A stretch of 64,000 nt of DNA from a virus (IMGVR_UViG_2786546882_000003:1-64000), one strand, 5' to 3'; counted from the first letter of the stretch, positions 9,619 to 19,314 are shown. Numbers and translations are program-made. The notes: a model not told the origin generated them from the letters alone.

Positions 9619-10083
9619 GTGGAAGTTAAATCGAGCAAGAAGAACGAGAATAAAATGCTGAGATTAGAACGACAACCGCGTTATACGATTCGAGAAGTCG
9701 CTGGCGGGCCGTCTGAAGTCCAACAAGACGCCTGGGACGCAATCTGCTCTTCCGTGGCGCGGGCAATGGACGCTTTGGACCTACGTGGGCATTTATTCGT
9801 CACGGTAATCGGCGCTGACATTATCCGCACTGGATACGGTGACGACGAGTGTGGTTTTGGCCTGTACCACAGCGGAATGCAGCACGTCGCTGTCTGCGGC
9901 GGAGATGGACCACCAGACTTAAAAGACGATCGAGCGGAGTGGATACGGCAGATCAAATTATCAACCACCCACGAGATCATTCACTACTACCAAGAGCTGC
10001 AATGCACGCTTGGTGATTCAGAAGAGACTGAGCTAGAGGCCGAACGAATGGCCGAAGAGATAGTTGCAGAGTCGACCTCGTGA
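9619..10083 (+). CDS. putative HExxH metallopeptidase-like protein
   Basis: FGLY...THEIIHYYQE...E.EAE. Confidence 0.65.
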   Translation: MEVKSSKKNENKMLRLERQPRYTIREVAGGPSEVQQDAWDAICSSVARAMDALDLRGHLFVTVIGADIIRTGYGDDECGFGLYHSGMQHVAVCGGDGPPDLKDDRAEWIRQIKLSTTHEIIHYYQELQCTLGDSEETELEAERMAEEIVAESTS

Positions 10084-10334
10084 ACGGCAAGAGCAACTGT
10101 CGGACATGCGGCCGACTGAAGGTTCCCGATCTCGACACGATCGAGAAGTTTTTGTCAGACGGGATCAAGCCGCCGCCATCTCGGGCAACTAAAGACGAGC
10201 TCGAGGAGTGGATTGACACGCATGTCCGCGTGATGAACAGCGTGCGCGATCTGCTCGTGCAGACGATTGCCGGCGAAGTTCACAGCAGGATCACGATGAA
10301 CCAAATCGATTTTGATTCGATCAAAGGTGATTGA
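10080..10334 (+). CDS. hypothetical protein
   Basis: GTGA overlap, CxxC. Confidence 0.6.
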   Translation: MNGKSNCRTCGRLKVPDLDTIEKFLSDGIKPPPSRATKDELEEWIDTHVRVMNSVRDLLVQTIAGEVHSRITMNQIDFDSIKGD

Positions 10335-10497
10335 ATCCTGACCAAAGAACAAGGGGCGACCAGTGACGGTGATGGCCTGGATGCAACAACGCGCCAGGCT
10401 GTGCAAGACGCGCTGGTGGAGGCAAGGTCGCGAACTTGCTAGAGGTCGGTTCAACTCCGACCCGCCCCTCTCAAACACGAAAGGATGGGACACGAGG

Positions 10498-10776
10498 ATG
10501 CCGAGCCAAATGAAAATCGGAGAAAGCATTGAGTTCTCCGTGCATCGCAGCGAGGCAAACTTCGACCGTGCATGCGATGAAGCCTATCGTCTCGCCGTCA
10601 TGATGTTCGGAATCGATGAAAACGGGCGTTCCGGCCGTGTTGACGGTTGGGAATCGTCGACATGCTGGATTGACCTGGAGTTTGTCCGCTACATACGGAG
10701 TGGAGGCGTTCATGACTATGCCTTCACTGCCCGTACGGACTGTGAGAAAGACGACCTAAACGAAAAGGATAGATGA
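10498..10776 (+). CDS. hypothetical protein
   Basis: ORF 10363..10776; internal ATG chosen as start. Confidence 0.55.
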   Translation: MPSQMKIGESIEFSVHRSEANFDRACDEAYRLAVMMFGIDENGRSGRVDGWESSTCWIDLEFVRYIRSGGVHDYAFTARTDCEKDDLNEKDR

Positions 10777-10779
10777 AAT

Positions 10780-11031
10780 ATGTTTTGGACTGCATTTACT
10801 TGGGGTCTTGGCGTCACGCTTGGCGGATCAGTGGGCCTGATGGCGTTTGTCGCGCTCAAGGCATTATTTGACTGGGCAACAAATTCGAAGCCAGCCAAAC
10901 GCATCGAGGAGTTCAACCAAGCGAGTCTTTTCGCCTTGGAGCGACGGAACGATCTGACTGAGATACAGATCGCGAAGCTCGGAAAGATCGCCAGCGCACT
11001 TGAATCGCACGACCGCGAACACGGGGGATAA
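10780..11031 (+). CDS. membrane protein
   Basis: N-terminal TM helix. Confidence 0.65.
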   Translation: MFWTAFTWGLGVTLGGSVGLMAFVALKALFDWATNSKPAKRIEEFNQASLFALERRNDLTEIQIAKLGKIASALESHDREHGG

Positions 11032-11034
11032 GAC

Positions 11035-11283
11035 TTGGATCGCTTAGCACAACATCGCGCCCGCATAATCGAGATGTGCGACAAGTATGACGAGATCGGC
11101 CCACTCGACGATGGCTACCAGCATTTCTGGATCAAAGACAGAGGAGCGATGTCTGCGGCTGACCTACGCGTCATAGCCGATGAGCTGGACCGTAGGAACA
11201 AAGCCTGGGATGATCAAATCACGGCATTTCACAAGGAGCGAAACGATGACCACACACGTTCGAATCACGCAGGACTGGATTGA
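11035..11283 (+). CDS. hypothetical protein
   Basis: DGYQHFW...LRVIADELDRRNKAW, phage-like. Confidence 0.65.
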   Translation: MDRLAQHRARIIEMCDKYDEIGPLDDGYQHFWIKDRGAMSAADLRVIADELDRRNKAWDDQITAFHKERNDDHTRSNHAGLD

Positions 11284-11602
11284 AGCCCGTTGTGCAGCAG
11301 CAACCCATCAAGTGCTTGCTGACGAGTCAGACATCATCTCGTTTGGAATCGCCAGGGGTAGAACAATCGGCGAGCTGTTTGACGTGGCCGAGAAGGCTAG
11401 GCCGTACCACACAAAATACCGGCAGGAAAAGCGATACCTCGAACAGCTCATTCAGAAGAACTGCATCGCGTTCTCGACTCCAAAGCTATGGAACCGGTTC
11501 GTTGAACTTCAGCGAACGTATGAGCGGTATCCGACCGAAGACGGCGTGGATTACAGCGACGATTTGGTTGAAGAGTACATGGGATTCGGGGACTTTTGCT
11601 AG
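11246..11602 (+). CDS. hypothetical protein
   Basis: AAGGAG RBS before ATG 11246. Confidence 0.65.
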   Translation: MTTHVRITQDWIEARCAAATHQVLADESDIISFGIARGRTIGELFDVAEKARPYHTKYRQEKRYLEQLIQKNCIAFSTPKLWNRFVELQRTYERYPTEDGVDYSDDLVEEYMGFGDFC

Positions 11603-11806
11603 TTGGAGCATTTAAAGATGGTTTCAGACCAACGTATTTCTGACGACGACAACACGCGTCTTATGAAGTCGCTCTTAGTTCAACTCGTTGAAATTGACTG
11701 GTGCATCGGATACGAGTTGACCGAACAACAGATGGTCGTTTTGGACGACATCCGAACCAAGGCGGCAATGCTTCTAACTACCGAAGAGCCCGAAGGCCAG
11801 GCATAA
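11603..11806 (+). CDS. hypothetical protein
   Basis: Last ORF of the + strand run. Confidence 0.5.
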   Translation: MEHLKMVSDQRISDDDNTRLMKSLLVQLVEIDWCIGYELTEQQMVVLDDIRTKAAMLLTTEEPEGQA

Positions 11807-12782
11807 ACCGCTCAATCACGGCGTCTTCATCCAGAACCGCTCGGCACCGAATCCTGGCCTCTTCGACCATAGCGGCATGCCGTGCTGGATCCGCCTTTAC
11901 CTGATCGATCACGTCGTCCAGGTCCGACCAATGCGGACTGCACACACGGTACGTGTCCTCCGGCGCAAAGATCGCCGGGAACGTTTCCACGGGGGTGAAG
12001 GGCTTGATCAGTACGCAGCCGGCCGCTGCCGCCTCGAAGTCCCGCCAGCATAACTCGCCGTATCCCCAGGGCGACACGCAGCAGAGCGAATCGAGCAGCT
12101 CGAGGTCATGAACATGCCGGTTTGTCTTGCGGCCGACGAGTCGCGTGTGCTGTGACTTCTCGACGGCCTTGTAACAGGATCGTCGATGCTCGCCGATGGC
12201 ATCATATCTGTAATCCAGTTTGCCCCGGAAAACGATGTCGTATTGGCGACGGTGCGACTTTGAGCCCGGCGACTTTGACCCTGGTGTGCCATTTCCGGGT
12301 GCGTCCATGAACAGTTTATGGAGCCACCGAGACATGGCGGGATAGTGCAGATAACCCGGCATGACTTGGATCTTGTCGAAGACCTCACGGCCGATCGGCT
12401 CAAGCTCATCGGCCACGCATCCGCCGAGCATGAAGACGTGAACCCGCTTGGCTCCGATGTTCTGGTTCGCAAAGTCCGACTTCGCGATCTTCCAGACGGC
12501 TTTGACGCAATCCCAGCTGGCGACTTTGCGCGACCAAAGGATGCTGCAGTCGAGCCGCTCGGCCAGGATCACGGGTACGTCCGCGTGCTCCAGCTCCGGA
12601 ACCACAAAAGCCTGGTGCGTGATCACGCCGTCGGGCTTACCGGCCGGCCACCTGACGTCCACGGCGGTGTCGGGATAGAAGCGGAGCCGGTAGCCGCGCT
12701 GAAGCAGCCGGTCCTTCAGGCCGCGCATCACGCCAATGAACTGCTCGCGGGCACTCTCGTAGTGGACGTCGATGTTCAGCAT
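11778..12782 (-). CDS. GT-B fold glycosyltransferase (Glyco_trans_1_2-like C-terminus)
   Basis: DIVFRG...CVSPWGYGELCWRDFEAAAAGCVLIKP...WSDL. Confidence 0.8.
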   Translation of the reverse strand: MLNIDVHYESAREQFIGVMRGLKDRLLQRGYRLRFYPDTAVDVRWPAGKPDGVITHQAFVVPELEHADVPVILAERLDCSILWSRKVASWDCVKAVWKIAKSDFANQNIGAKRVHVFMLGGCVADELEPIGREVFDKIQVMPGYLHYPAMSRWLHKLFMDAPGNGTPGSKSPGSKSHRRQYDIVFRGKLDYRYDAIGEHRRSCYKAVEKSQHTRLVGRKTNRHVHDLELLDSLCCVSPWGYGELCWRDFEAAAAGCVLIKPFTPVETFPAIFAPEDTYRVCSPHWSDLDDVIDQVKADPARHAAMVEEARIRCRAVLDEDAVIERFMPGLRALR

Positions 12783-12976
12783 TACTTGCGGCCTTTTGTC
12801 GCTTTCAGTTTGTCGCCAACACGCCGAAGCCGAATGGCTTTGAGTGCGTACTTCTTGTCGCCGGCTGTCACGGTCACTGGCTGCATGCCGTCTGGCAGCC
12901 TCGGAAGCTTGCGAACCAACTGCCGAATGACGTCTGTATTTGCCATCAAGTCTCGGAACCGATCAGTCGACGTCAT
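12782..12976 (-). CDS. small basic hypothetical protein
   Basis: Coupled to both neighbours. Confidence 0.55.
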   Translation of the reverse strand: MTSTDRFRDLMANTDVIRQLVRKLPRLPDGMQPVTVTAGDKKYALKAIRLRRVGDKLKATKGRK

Positions 12977-13484
12977 CGGCCGTGGTTTCCCCCTCTTCCT
13001 CGATCGTCTCGATCTCGAGCCGCCGATGGACTCGGTCGAGGAGTGCCAGCGGCGTAGCGTGGCGGTCGTCAGGCCAGTCTTCCTTAAAGCCCTCCTCGAT
13101 CACGACGCAGATCGCCTGGACCACGGAGGTCGACTTCGAGTAGGCCTTGGCGTACGCATCGGATAAGTCTTCAGCCGTATGAAGCCGCTGCTCGGTGTCG
13201 TAGAGCTTCGACTCGCACTTCTCGAGTTTGACCAGGCAGTCGTGCAGCTGCTCTTCGCACTCCGACGCGCGAGCGTACGCGTCATCTTGATTCTGGACGG
13301 CTTTCCTCAAGCTTTGCTTCATGTCCTCGCAAAACTGAGCGCCAGCCAGATAAGCCAGGTCGGCCTCTCTGTATTTTTCTTTCCACTGGGCCTCGGAACG
13401 CCGGCTAACCATCGCCGCACGTGCATAAAAGAAAGCGACGATTGCCGTTGCACCCCAACCCCACAGCATTAGTTCATGGCTCAT
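12963..13484 (-). CDS. membrane-anchored coiled-coil protein
   Basis: N-terminal TM, heptad-rich. Confidence 0.7.
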   Translation of the reverse strand: MSHELMLWGWGATAIVAFFYARAAMVSRRSEAQWKEKYREADLAYLAGAQFCEDMKQSLRKAVQNQDDAYARASECEEQLHDCLVKLEKCESKLYDTEQRLHTAEDLSDAYAKAYSKSTSVVQAICVVIEEGFKEDWPDDRHATPLALLDRVHRRLEIETIEEEGETTADDVD

Positions 13485-14239
13485 GCCGACACCTCCGTAC
13501 CACTCGCGTCACCCGCCATCTCTTTCAGGATCCTGAGCAGTTCCTCTGGACTCTCGCCGCCAGATAGTTCGTGCCGGCATTCAGAACCGCCAACACGGAT
13601 GGTGATCGATGCCGTGGCCTGGCCGCTCTTGTAGCCGACCAGTTCGTCAGGCTTGTCTTCGCTCTTCAGCCGCTGGGCGACCGCCCGATGAAGGACTTCT
13701 GTCACACGGTCGTCGTCAACTCCGGTCCATGACCCGTTTTGATCAAAGGCTTCGTCGACAAGAAGCGAGATCGCCGTGGACAGCATCTCCGCCCGCTCTA
13801 TGCGCATCCTGTTAGAATTCGCCATCCGCTTGTCGTGCTCGATCTTCAGGGCGTCGTAATCCGCGCGCAGAGTGGTGCAGTGCAGCTTCAGATGATCGTG
13901 CTCGAGACTGACAGCGGCGAGCTCTGTTTGTTTTTTGTGGAGCTGATCGCTTAGCCGCCGGTTCTCGTCCCCAGCTTCCTGCAGCCTTTTCTTAAGCCCA
14001 TCCGACTCTGCTGCTAGTTTTTTAGCTCTATCGCTGACCGTATCAAACGCTGTTTCCCAGCATCTAGCTTGATCTTTGTGGTAAGCATCGCTCGTCTGGA
14101 GTTTTTTATACTCCGCTTCAGCCTTTTCAGCTCTTTGCAGCCTGTGGCTAGAAATACCGCAGAGACACGCCAGCAAAACAACCGCAAGCACAACAACAAA
14201 ACTCGTTATGAATGGCCCCATCCCATCGCTCCTTTTCAA
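13481..14239 (-). CDS. membrane-anchored coiled-coil protein
   Basis: N-terminal TM, long coiled coil. Confidence 0.7.
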   Translation of the reverse strand: MKRSDGMGPFITSFVVVLAVVLLACLCGISSHRLQRAEKAEAEYKKLQTSDAYHKDQARCWETAFDTVSDRAKKLAAESDGLKKRLQEAGDENRRLSDQLHKKQTELAAVSLEHDHLKLHCTTLRADYDALKIEHDKRMANSNRMRIERAEMLSTAISLLVDEAFDQNGSWTGVDDDRVTEVLHRAVAQRLKSEDKPDELVGYKSGQATASITIRVGGSECRHELSGGESPEELLRILKEMAGDASGTEVSA

Positions 14240-14308
14240 CTGTGACTCCGAACCCAGCCGTCAAGTTACTCCTGGCGCCTGTGGTCACGAGAGTCTGGGC
14301 CTGCGCCG

Positions 14309-15127
14309 TTATGTCTGGGCGTCGTTGCCGCCGGGATCCTGATCGTCATGGCCGCCCAGATCTTTTAGCGTGTCATCCGCTCCGGTGTCGCCGGGCACGC
14401 GGGGATGTCGCGGAGACGGCTCGTCGGGGGCTGATGGAGGCACTGGCACCCACTCCTCGCTCTTGCGGCCATCCCAGTTGATCCGCTTGCGGCCGAGATG
14501 CTCGACAAAGCCGCTGAGCTGGTACATGTGCTTGAACTTGTTCCGAAAAACAATGTCCGCTTTGGACGCGTTCTGACTCCACGAAGCGTAAAACCGGGTT
14601 GCCTCCGAGTATAATTGAAAGTACCCCACGCCGAGCTTGTTGTACTTGTCATCAGGCCGCTTGTCGGCGTATGCCTGAGGGGTCCAGTAGTCATATCTCG
14701 GCATGGTGTAGAGGGCGTTGGACACGAGGGCCTCCTCCATGACCAGCTCCCGCAGGTTCTCCGGGACGACGATGTCGGCGTCCACCAGCGCGTACCAGGC
14801 GTCAGGATGCCGCCTGTGGGCCTCCTGCTGGCCGATCAAGACGGCTTCCGCTTTATTGAAGGTGGCACGACGGGCGTGGAAGTTACGGCAGATCAGCACT
14901 TCCGCACCAGCGTCTCGGGCCATCTGCTGCGTGCGTACGTCCTCCGGAGACGTGACCACGTACACGCAGTCACACACGCTGACGAGCCGAGGAAGTGAGA
15001 CGTTCATTTCCCCGTGATAGTTGACCGAGACCATCACGGCGACCAACTGCAAGTCCCACGGGGATGACGGGCCGGAGGCTGGCGCGGGTAGCGTCTGTGC
15101 GGCTGTCGCACTCATATCTGACTCCAA
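14309..15127 (-). CDS. GT-A fold glycosyltransferase
   Basis: VSVNY...VVTSPED...FNKA...LVDADIV (DxD)...GYFQLY...HLG....W.GR. Confidence 0.85.
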   Translation of the reverse strand: MESDMSATAAQTLPAPASGPSSPWDLQLVAVMVSVNYHGEMNVSLPRLVSVCDCVYVVTSPEDVRTQQMARDAGAEVLICRNFHARRATFNKAEAVLIGQQEAHRRHPDAWYALVDADIVVPENLRELVMEEALVSNALYTMPRYDYWTPQAYADKRPDDKYNKLGVGYFQLYSEATRFYASWSQNASKADIVFRNKFKHMYQLSGFVEHLGRKRINWDGRKSEEWVPVPPSAPDEPSPRHPRVPGDTGADDTLKDLGGHDDQDPGGNDAQT

Positions 15128-15214
15128 TTCGCTGTGAACAAGGCAAAATGGTGTTAGACACGAGTGGTGCCAGCCGGGGGAGATCTGCCGCGTGAGGCGA
15201 CTGGGAAGGAGTGG

Positions 15215-15883
15215 TTACTCGATGGGCACGAGAGCCCAGATCGAGCCGCCAGGGAGCACGGCGGTGTACCGGTGGCCGGCGATCGTCGCGGCCAACTGGG
15301 GCCCCCTGCCGCGATTGTGCGTGGCCGAGCGGGCGATGTCCTCGAAGCCCGGGAAGGCCGCCTCTACCGCCTTGGCCACGCCGGGCCAATCCTTCTCGCC
15401 ATAGTCATGGCCGGCGAGTACGCCGCCTGGGCGGAGGACACGAAGGGCTGTCTCGATATCTCGGGTAACCCCTTGCCGCGTGTGGTCTGCGTCGATGAAC
15501 ACGAGGTCACCCTTGCCGCCGTAATCCCTTGCCAGTGTATCTCGAAAATCCTTGTGGGCTAAGTCCATGACATACGGGATCAACACGCCATCGACTATCG
15601 GCTGTCGATGCGTCTCGAAGAACCTGTTAAACGGCAACCCTGGTTTCACGTGGTGGTCATCCCACTTCAGACCGAGTTCCGTAGACCAGGAGTCACACGA
15701 GACCACTTTCTTGGCTCCCAGGAGGACGGTAGTGGCCTTCCCGACCCAAGCACCGAACTCGATGACCAAGTCCTTGCCGTCGGCCTGCTGGGCCAGCCAG
15801 CGGAGCTCTGAGGTCCGCATCCAGCCGTCGACCGCTTCAGCTGCAGCCACTCGTTCCGCCTGCTGCTCTGTCAAATCTGCCAT
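15215..15883 (-). CDS. class I SAM-dependent methyltransferase (Methyltransf_24-like)
   Basis: EFGAWVGKAT, DLVFIDADH, LRPGGVLAGHDY. Confidence 0.9.
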   Translation of the reverse strand: MADLTEQQAERVAAAEAVDGWMRTSELRWLAQQADGKDLVIEFGAWVGKATTVLLGAKKVVSCDSWSTELGLKWDDHHVKPGLPFNRFFETHRQPIVDGVLIPYVMDLAHKDFRDTLARDYGGKGDLVFIDADHTRQGVTRDIETALRVLRPGGVLAGHDYGEKDWPGVAKAVEAAFPGFEDIARSATHNRGRGPQLAATIAGHRYTAVLPGGSIWALVPIE

Positions 15884-16112
15884 CTCATCTGTGCCTCACG
15901 GGGGTGATTTCTGTAAGGCTTGCAGGTTAGATCCAAGGCGTCGATGAGGAGAGAAACAACCGGTTTTGAGGTCGATTTCGTGGACTTGTACAGTAGTGTA
16001 CGGTGTACACTATGAGTATTGGTTAAAAAGAAACTTATTGCAAATAACGCAGAAATGGAAATCGATTTCGTGGCACGAAAAACGGCTCAAATCCCGGAAT
16101 TTACGAGTGCTG

Positions 16113-16542
16113 CCCGGGTAAACCCGGGTAACTTTTTTTTACCCGGGCAGCAAAAAATTCTCAAAATTTTTTTCGTGCAATAACTTGCAGGCCATGCAAA
16201 AAGTTGCAGAATTTAGTATAAATGAGGGGCGTGTTCTGACCGGGTAAAACCCGGGTAATGGCCAGGTAAATTGCCTTTACGTTTTTTCCCTTTTTTCCAA
16301 TTCCATTCTTTGTATCGTCCCGGGTAACCAAGTAAACTAACAAACTAAATATAATTTGAAAAAGTGAATTTAGTGGATATTTGTACACTAATGATTTACC
16401 ACTATAGAGGGGGAAATATTTTTAGTATAAGCTACAATTGGAAGTTACCCGGGCTTACCCGGGACGATTTCTCGATTTAGCCCGTGATTTACGGGAAAAA
16501 CGTAGAGGTGAGTTACCTGGACTTACCCGGGCATTACCCGGG
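16113..16542. repeat. ~12 copies of CCCGGGTAA/TTACCCGGG inverted around an AT-rich core; candidate replication origin
   Basis: CCCGGGTAA at 16113, 16123, 16250, 16319 (variants 16240, 16262); TTACCCGGG at 16139, 16445, 16455, 16523, 16534 (variant 16513); AT-rich 16330-16440. Confidence 0.8.
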
Positions 16543-16731
16543 CACGTACCCCTTTTGGTAGTGCAAGGGGGGTGTTTGGCACGGATCTTGCATGATTCCG
16601 TTGTACACTAGCCGCCTCTTGGCTTGCTCTTCCCGGCCCTCTGGCCTTGGCTCCCGTGTTCTCGCCGGCTGAGTGAAAATCCCCCGTGTTGGTTTTGCGG
16701 ATTCTGACCAGGACGAGAGCGAGGGCCCACG

Positions 16732-17145
16732 GTGGCTAATATTTCGATCACGGCTACGGACGTCGTGCGGGTGAGCGGGAGCTACAGTCAGGGGCTGCTG
16801 GGGGCCACGGTCGACGCTGGCGAGATGGTGGCCTACGACGCCACGAACCAGTACTGGGTCTTGGCCACGGAGATCTCCGGCGGGTCGAACCCGGTGAAGA
16901 TGGCCATCTCCAGCGGCGTGGCTGGCCAGGTCATCGGGCTTGCTGAGCCTGGGGCCGAGATCACGCTGGGTTCGGCCGTCATGACTGCCGGCGACGTGCT
17001 CGTCGCCTCAGCCACGACCGCCGGCAAGATCGCTCCTCACAGCGACTTGGTAGCCGGTGATACTTTGTACATCGTCGGTTACGCGAAGACCACGGATGAG
17101 ATCGTGCTGATTCTGAAGTACACGGGCGTGGAGTTGCCTACCTGA
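16732..17145 (+). CDS. probable virion protein (capsid cement/decoration-like)
   Basis: Small G/A/T/V-rich beta-type sequence: GATVDAGEMVAYD...AISSGVAGQ...AGKIAP. Confidence 0.55.
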   Translation: MANISITATDVVRVSGSYSQGLLGATVDAGEMVAYDATNQYWVLATEISGGSNPVKMAISSGVAGQVIGLAEPGAEITLGSAVMTAGDVLVASATTAGKIAPHSDLVAGDTLYIVGYAKTTDEIVLILKYTGVELPT

Positions 17146-17780
17146 TGTTTTGTCTAGTCTACGACACGGAGACGACCGGGCGGCCGGCCGATTACAAGCT
17201 TAGCGGTCGGGAGGTGGCGAACTGGCCCCACGTGGTCCAGCTGGGCTGGGCACTCGTGGATCTCGAGGCTGGCCGCGTGGTCAAGCAGCAGTGCGGGTTG
17301 CTGGCTCTTGACGGCGATGCGGTGATGGAGCCCAAGGCGGAGGAGATTCACGGCATTTCGGCCGACTACGCGCGGCGTACGGGCCAGGACCGCGATACGG
17401 TGCTTGCGGCCTTCGAGCGGGACATGACGGTATCCCGCCTTGCGGTTTGCCACAACGTCGGCTTTGACCGGCCTGTGATGGTCGCTGCCGCCTTGCGGGA
17501 CAACTGCGAGGGGCTTGCTGACCTACTGGAGGGGGTGCCGCACTACTGCACGATGCTGGCCGGCGTGAACATCTGCCGGATACCCAGTGCTCGTGGCTTC
17601 AAGTGGCCGAAGCTGCAGGAGCTTCACGAGGAGCTACTGGGCGAAGGCTTCTCCGGGGCTCACGACGCGCTGGCGGACGTGATGGCCTGCAGCCGGTGCC
17701 TCCTGCGGCTCCACGAGGCCTGTGCGGGTGAGTTACCGCCGGAAGGGCATGTTGGCTCGCTGCTGCTTCCGGGCGGCTGA
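17145..17780 (+). CDS. DEDDh 3'-5' exonuclease (DnaQ-like)
   Basis: YDTETTG, CHNVGFD, AHDALADV. Confidence 0.93.
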   Translation: MFCLVYDTETTGRPADYKLSGREVANWPHVVQLGWALVDLEAGRVVKQQCGLLALDGDAVMEPKAEEIHGISADYARRTGQDRDTVLAAFERDMTVSRLAVCHNVGFDRPVMVAAALRDNCEGLADLLEGVPHYCTMLAGVNICRIPSARGFKWPKLQELHEELLGEGFSGAHDALADVMACSRCLLRLHEACAGELPPEGHVGSLLLPGG

Positions 17781-17814
17781 GAACGGGCGTAGGGGGCCTC
17801 AACGGTCCGCTCTC

Positions 17815-18482
17815 GAACTGGACCAGCCTGTTTCAGCTTCGGGGCCTGGAATTGGCGACATGCCGCTGAAGGCCACTGAGAGGCTGGACAACGCGTTTTG
17901 GGCGTACGGGGTATGGAGCGTCGCCTAAGTGGCTTTGCGGCCGTCTCCGGGCCGCACAGGAGCTCTCAGCGGCATTCTGCCATAGCGGCCATCGCGTCAT
18001 GGTGGCTGGCTTAGCTCGGAGGCCTGTGCGATTTTGCACGCGCGGCTGCAGGAAACCCGGCTGTCCTGGTCGACATGGGTAGGGGCCTAGGAGGCTCACA
18101 GACGCATCGTGGCTCTTGGCGGTGTGGTTACTCGGTGGTTGGGCTTTGAGGCCGGGAGACGAAGCCTCTGGAACTGGACCAGCCTGTTTCGGCTTGGAGG
18201 CCTTGCGTCGGCGAGCACTGGGTTTTGTCGCTGAGCGGCCGGGACTCTCTGGATTCGCCCCTCGTGACGCCTGGAGGCCAGGCCGCCGAACTGGACCAGC
18301 CTGTTTCGCTGTCGGGTGGTCTCACTGGCGAGCGTCTGAGCGACTGAAAGCGAAGCGTCCTGCTCGGCTACTGGCCGGGACAGTCGCGATTGGCTGCGGC
18401 TGATTCTAAGCCGCCGGGACGATGGTGTTTCCCGCCGCACGGAGGTCAGGTCGCACTGCGTCGAACTGGACCAGCCTTTTTC
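17815..18482 (+). repeat. four dispersed 20-bp direct repeats GAACTGGACCAGCCT(G/T)TTTC
   Basis: Copies at 17815, 18171, 18288, 18463 in a region without a credible ORF. Confidence 0.85.
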
Positions 18483-18742
18483 GTCGCCAGATGGGGGATT
18501 TGGCGAGCGCAGGACCGCCGCGAATCCGCCGTGTCCCGGCCAAAACCGAGCGTCCGGCACAGCGATCCTGAGCCGTCTCAAAACGAGACGTCCCGCTTGG
18601 GCTGAGACGCCGGGACATCTCACTTTGAGACGAGCTGAAACGTTGCCGTCGCGCATAGTTGACGGCGGGCAAGAGCGAAACGGGCCGGTCCGTACACGTA
18701 CGCGGGCGAGCGGTCAATCGCCACCGTCCGTGTCAGCGCACG

Positions 18743-18774
18743 AAAAAAGCAGACCACCCTATCGGGTAGTCCGC
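18743..18774 (-). terminator. intrinsic terminator
   Basis: GCGGACTACCC-gata-GGGTGGTCTGC-TTTTTT on minus strand after 18785..19087. Confidence 0.75.
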
Positions 18775-18784
18775 CCATGGTCTG

Positions 18785-19087
18785 CTAGCTTGACCATTTT
18801 GTGAGACGCAAGACAGCTTTCAAGACGTCTTGACGATCGACGTCGGCCGTCTTCGCGGCTATGTCGATCGAGCGCCCAAGCCGATCGAGTGGCGGGTTAA
18901 CCGCGACCACTCGCATGGCCATATGCCGCACTAGTCGAGCGTAGTCGGCCTTGGGATCGACCACGGGGGTGGCTGGCTTCTCAGGCGGCCGCGATAGGTC
19001 ACCGAACGAAGCGCCGACAGTCAACGCACCCTCGCAAGCGCGGACGGCTTCACAGGGATCCGTGAGGCCTTGGTAGTCATAATTCAC
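18785..19087 (-). CDS. hypothetical early protein
   Basis: Flanked by leader with GGAG, promoter and terminator. Confidence 0.7.
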   Translation of the reverse strand: MNYDYQGLTDPCEAVRACEGALTVGASFGDLSRPPEKPATPVVDPKADYARLVRHMAMRVVAVNPPLDRLGRSIDIAAKTADVDRQDVLKAVLRLTKWSS

Positions 19088-19095
19088 GGGAATGG

Positions 19096-19137
19096 CTCCA
19101 GTGGAAGGAATCTTAGCGGGCCTTGCGACAGCCCCGC
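19096..19137 (-). promoter_or_regulatory. GTCGCAAG hairpin / TTCCTTCCACTGGAG leader (minus strand)
   Basis: Reverse complement GCGGGGCTGTCGCAAGGCCCGCTAAGATTCCTTCCACTGGAG. Confidence 0.85.
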
Positions 19138-19200
19138 GTGAACACTTAGCAGAATCGACCAGATTGACAAAGAGCAGCGACGCGTTTTGCGTCCCAATGC

Positions 19201-19228
19201 ATTATGCATATCGGCAACGACCAGTCAA
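19201..19228 (-). promoter_or_regulatory. sigma70-like promoter
   Basis: Reverse complement TTGACT-ggtcgTTGCCGATatg-CATAAT (16-nt spacer). Confidence 0.75.
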
Positions 19229-19285
19229 CCGCTATAGTCACAATTAGAGCAAAAAACTTTTTCCTTCTTGCCTATTGAATTATAC

Positions 19286-19314
19286 TTGACGGCAACCTAT
19301 GCCGATGCAATAAT
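19286..19314 (+). promoter_or_regulatory. sigma70-like promoter, divergent from 19201-19228
   Basis: TTGACG-17nt (with ATGCCGAT)-AATAAT. Confidence 0.65.

Noticed and set aside
12256-12285. Short tandem duplication GCGACTTTGA.CC.GG in the GT-B gene
   Set aside because: In-frame 15-bp duplication (PGSKS x2) in a probable loop; no wider significance evident
17815-18482. CRISPR array from the 20-bp repeats
   Set aside because: Spacings of 117-356 bp are irregular and too long; no cas genes
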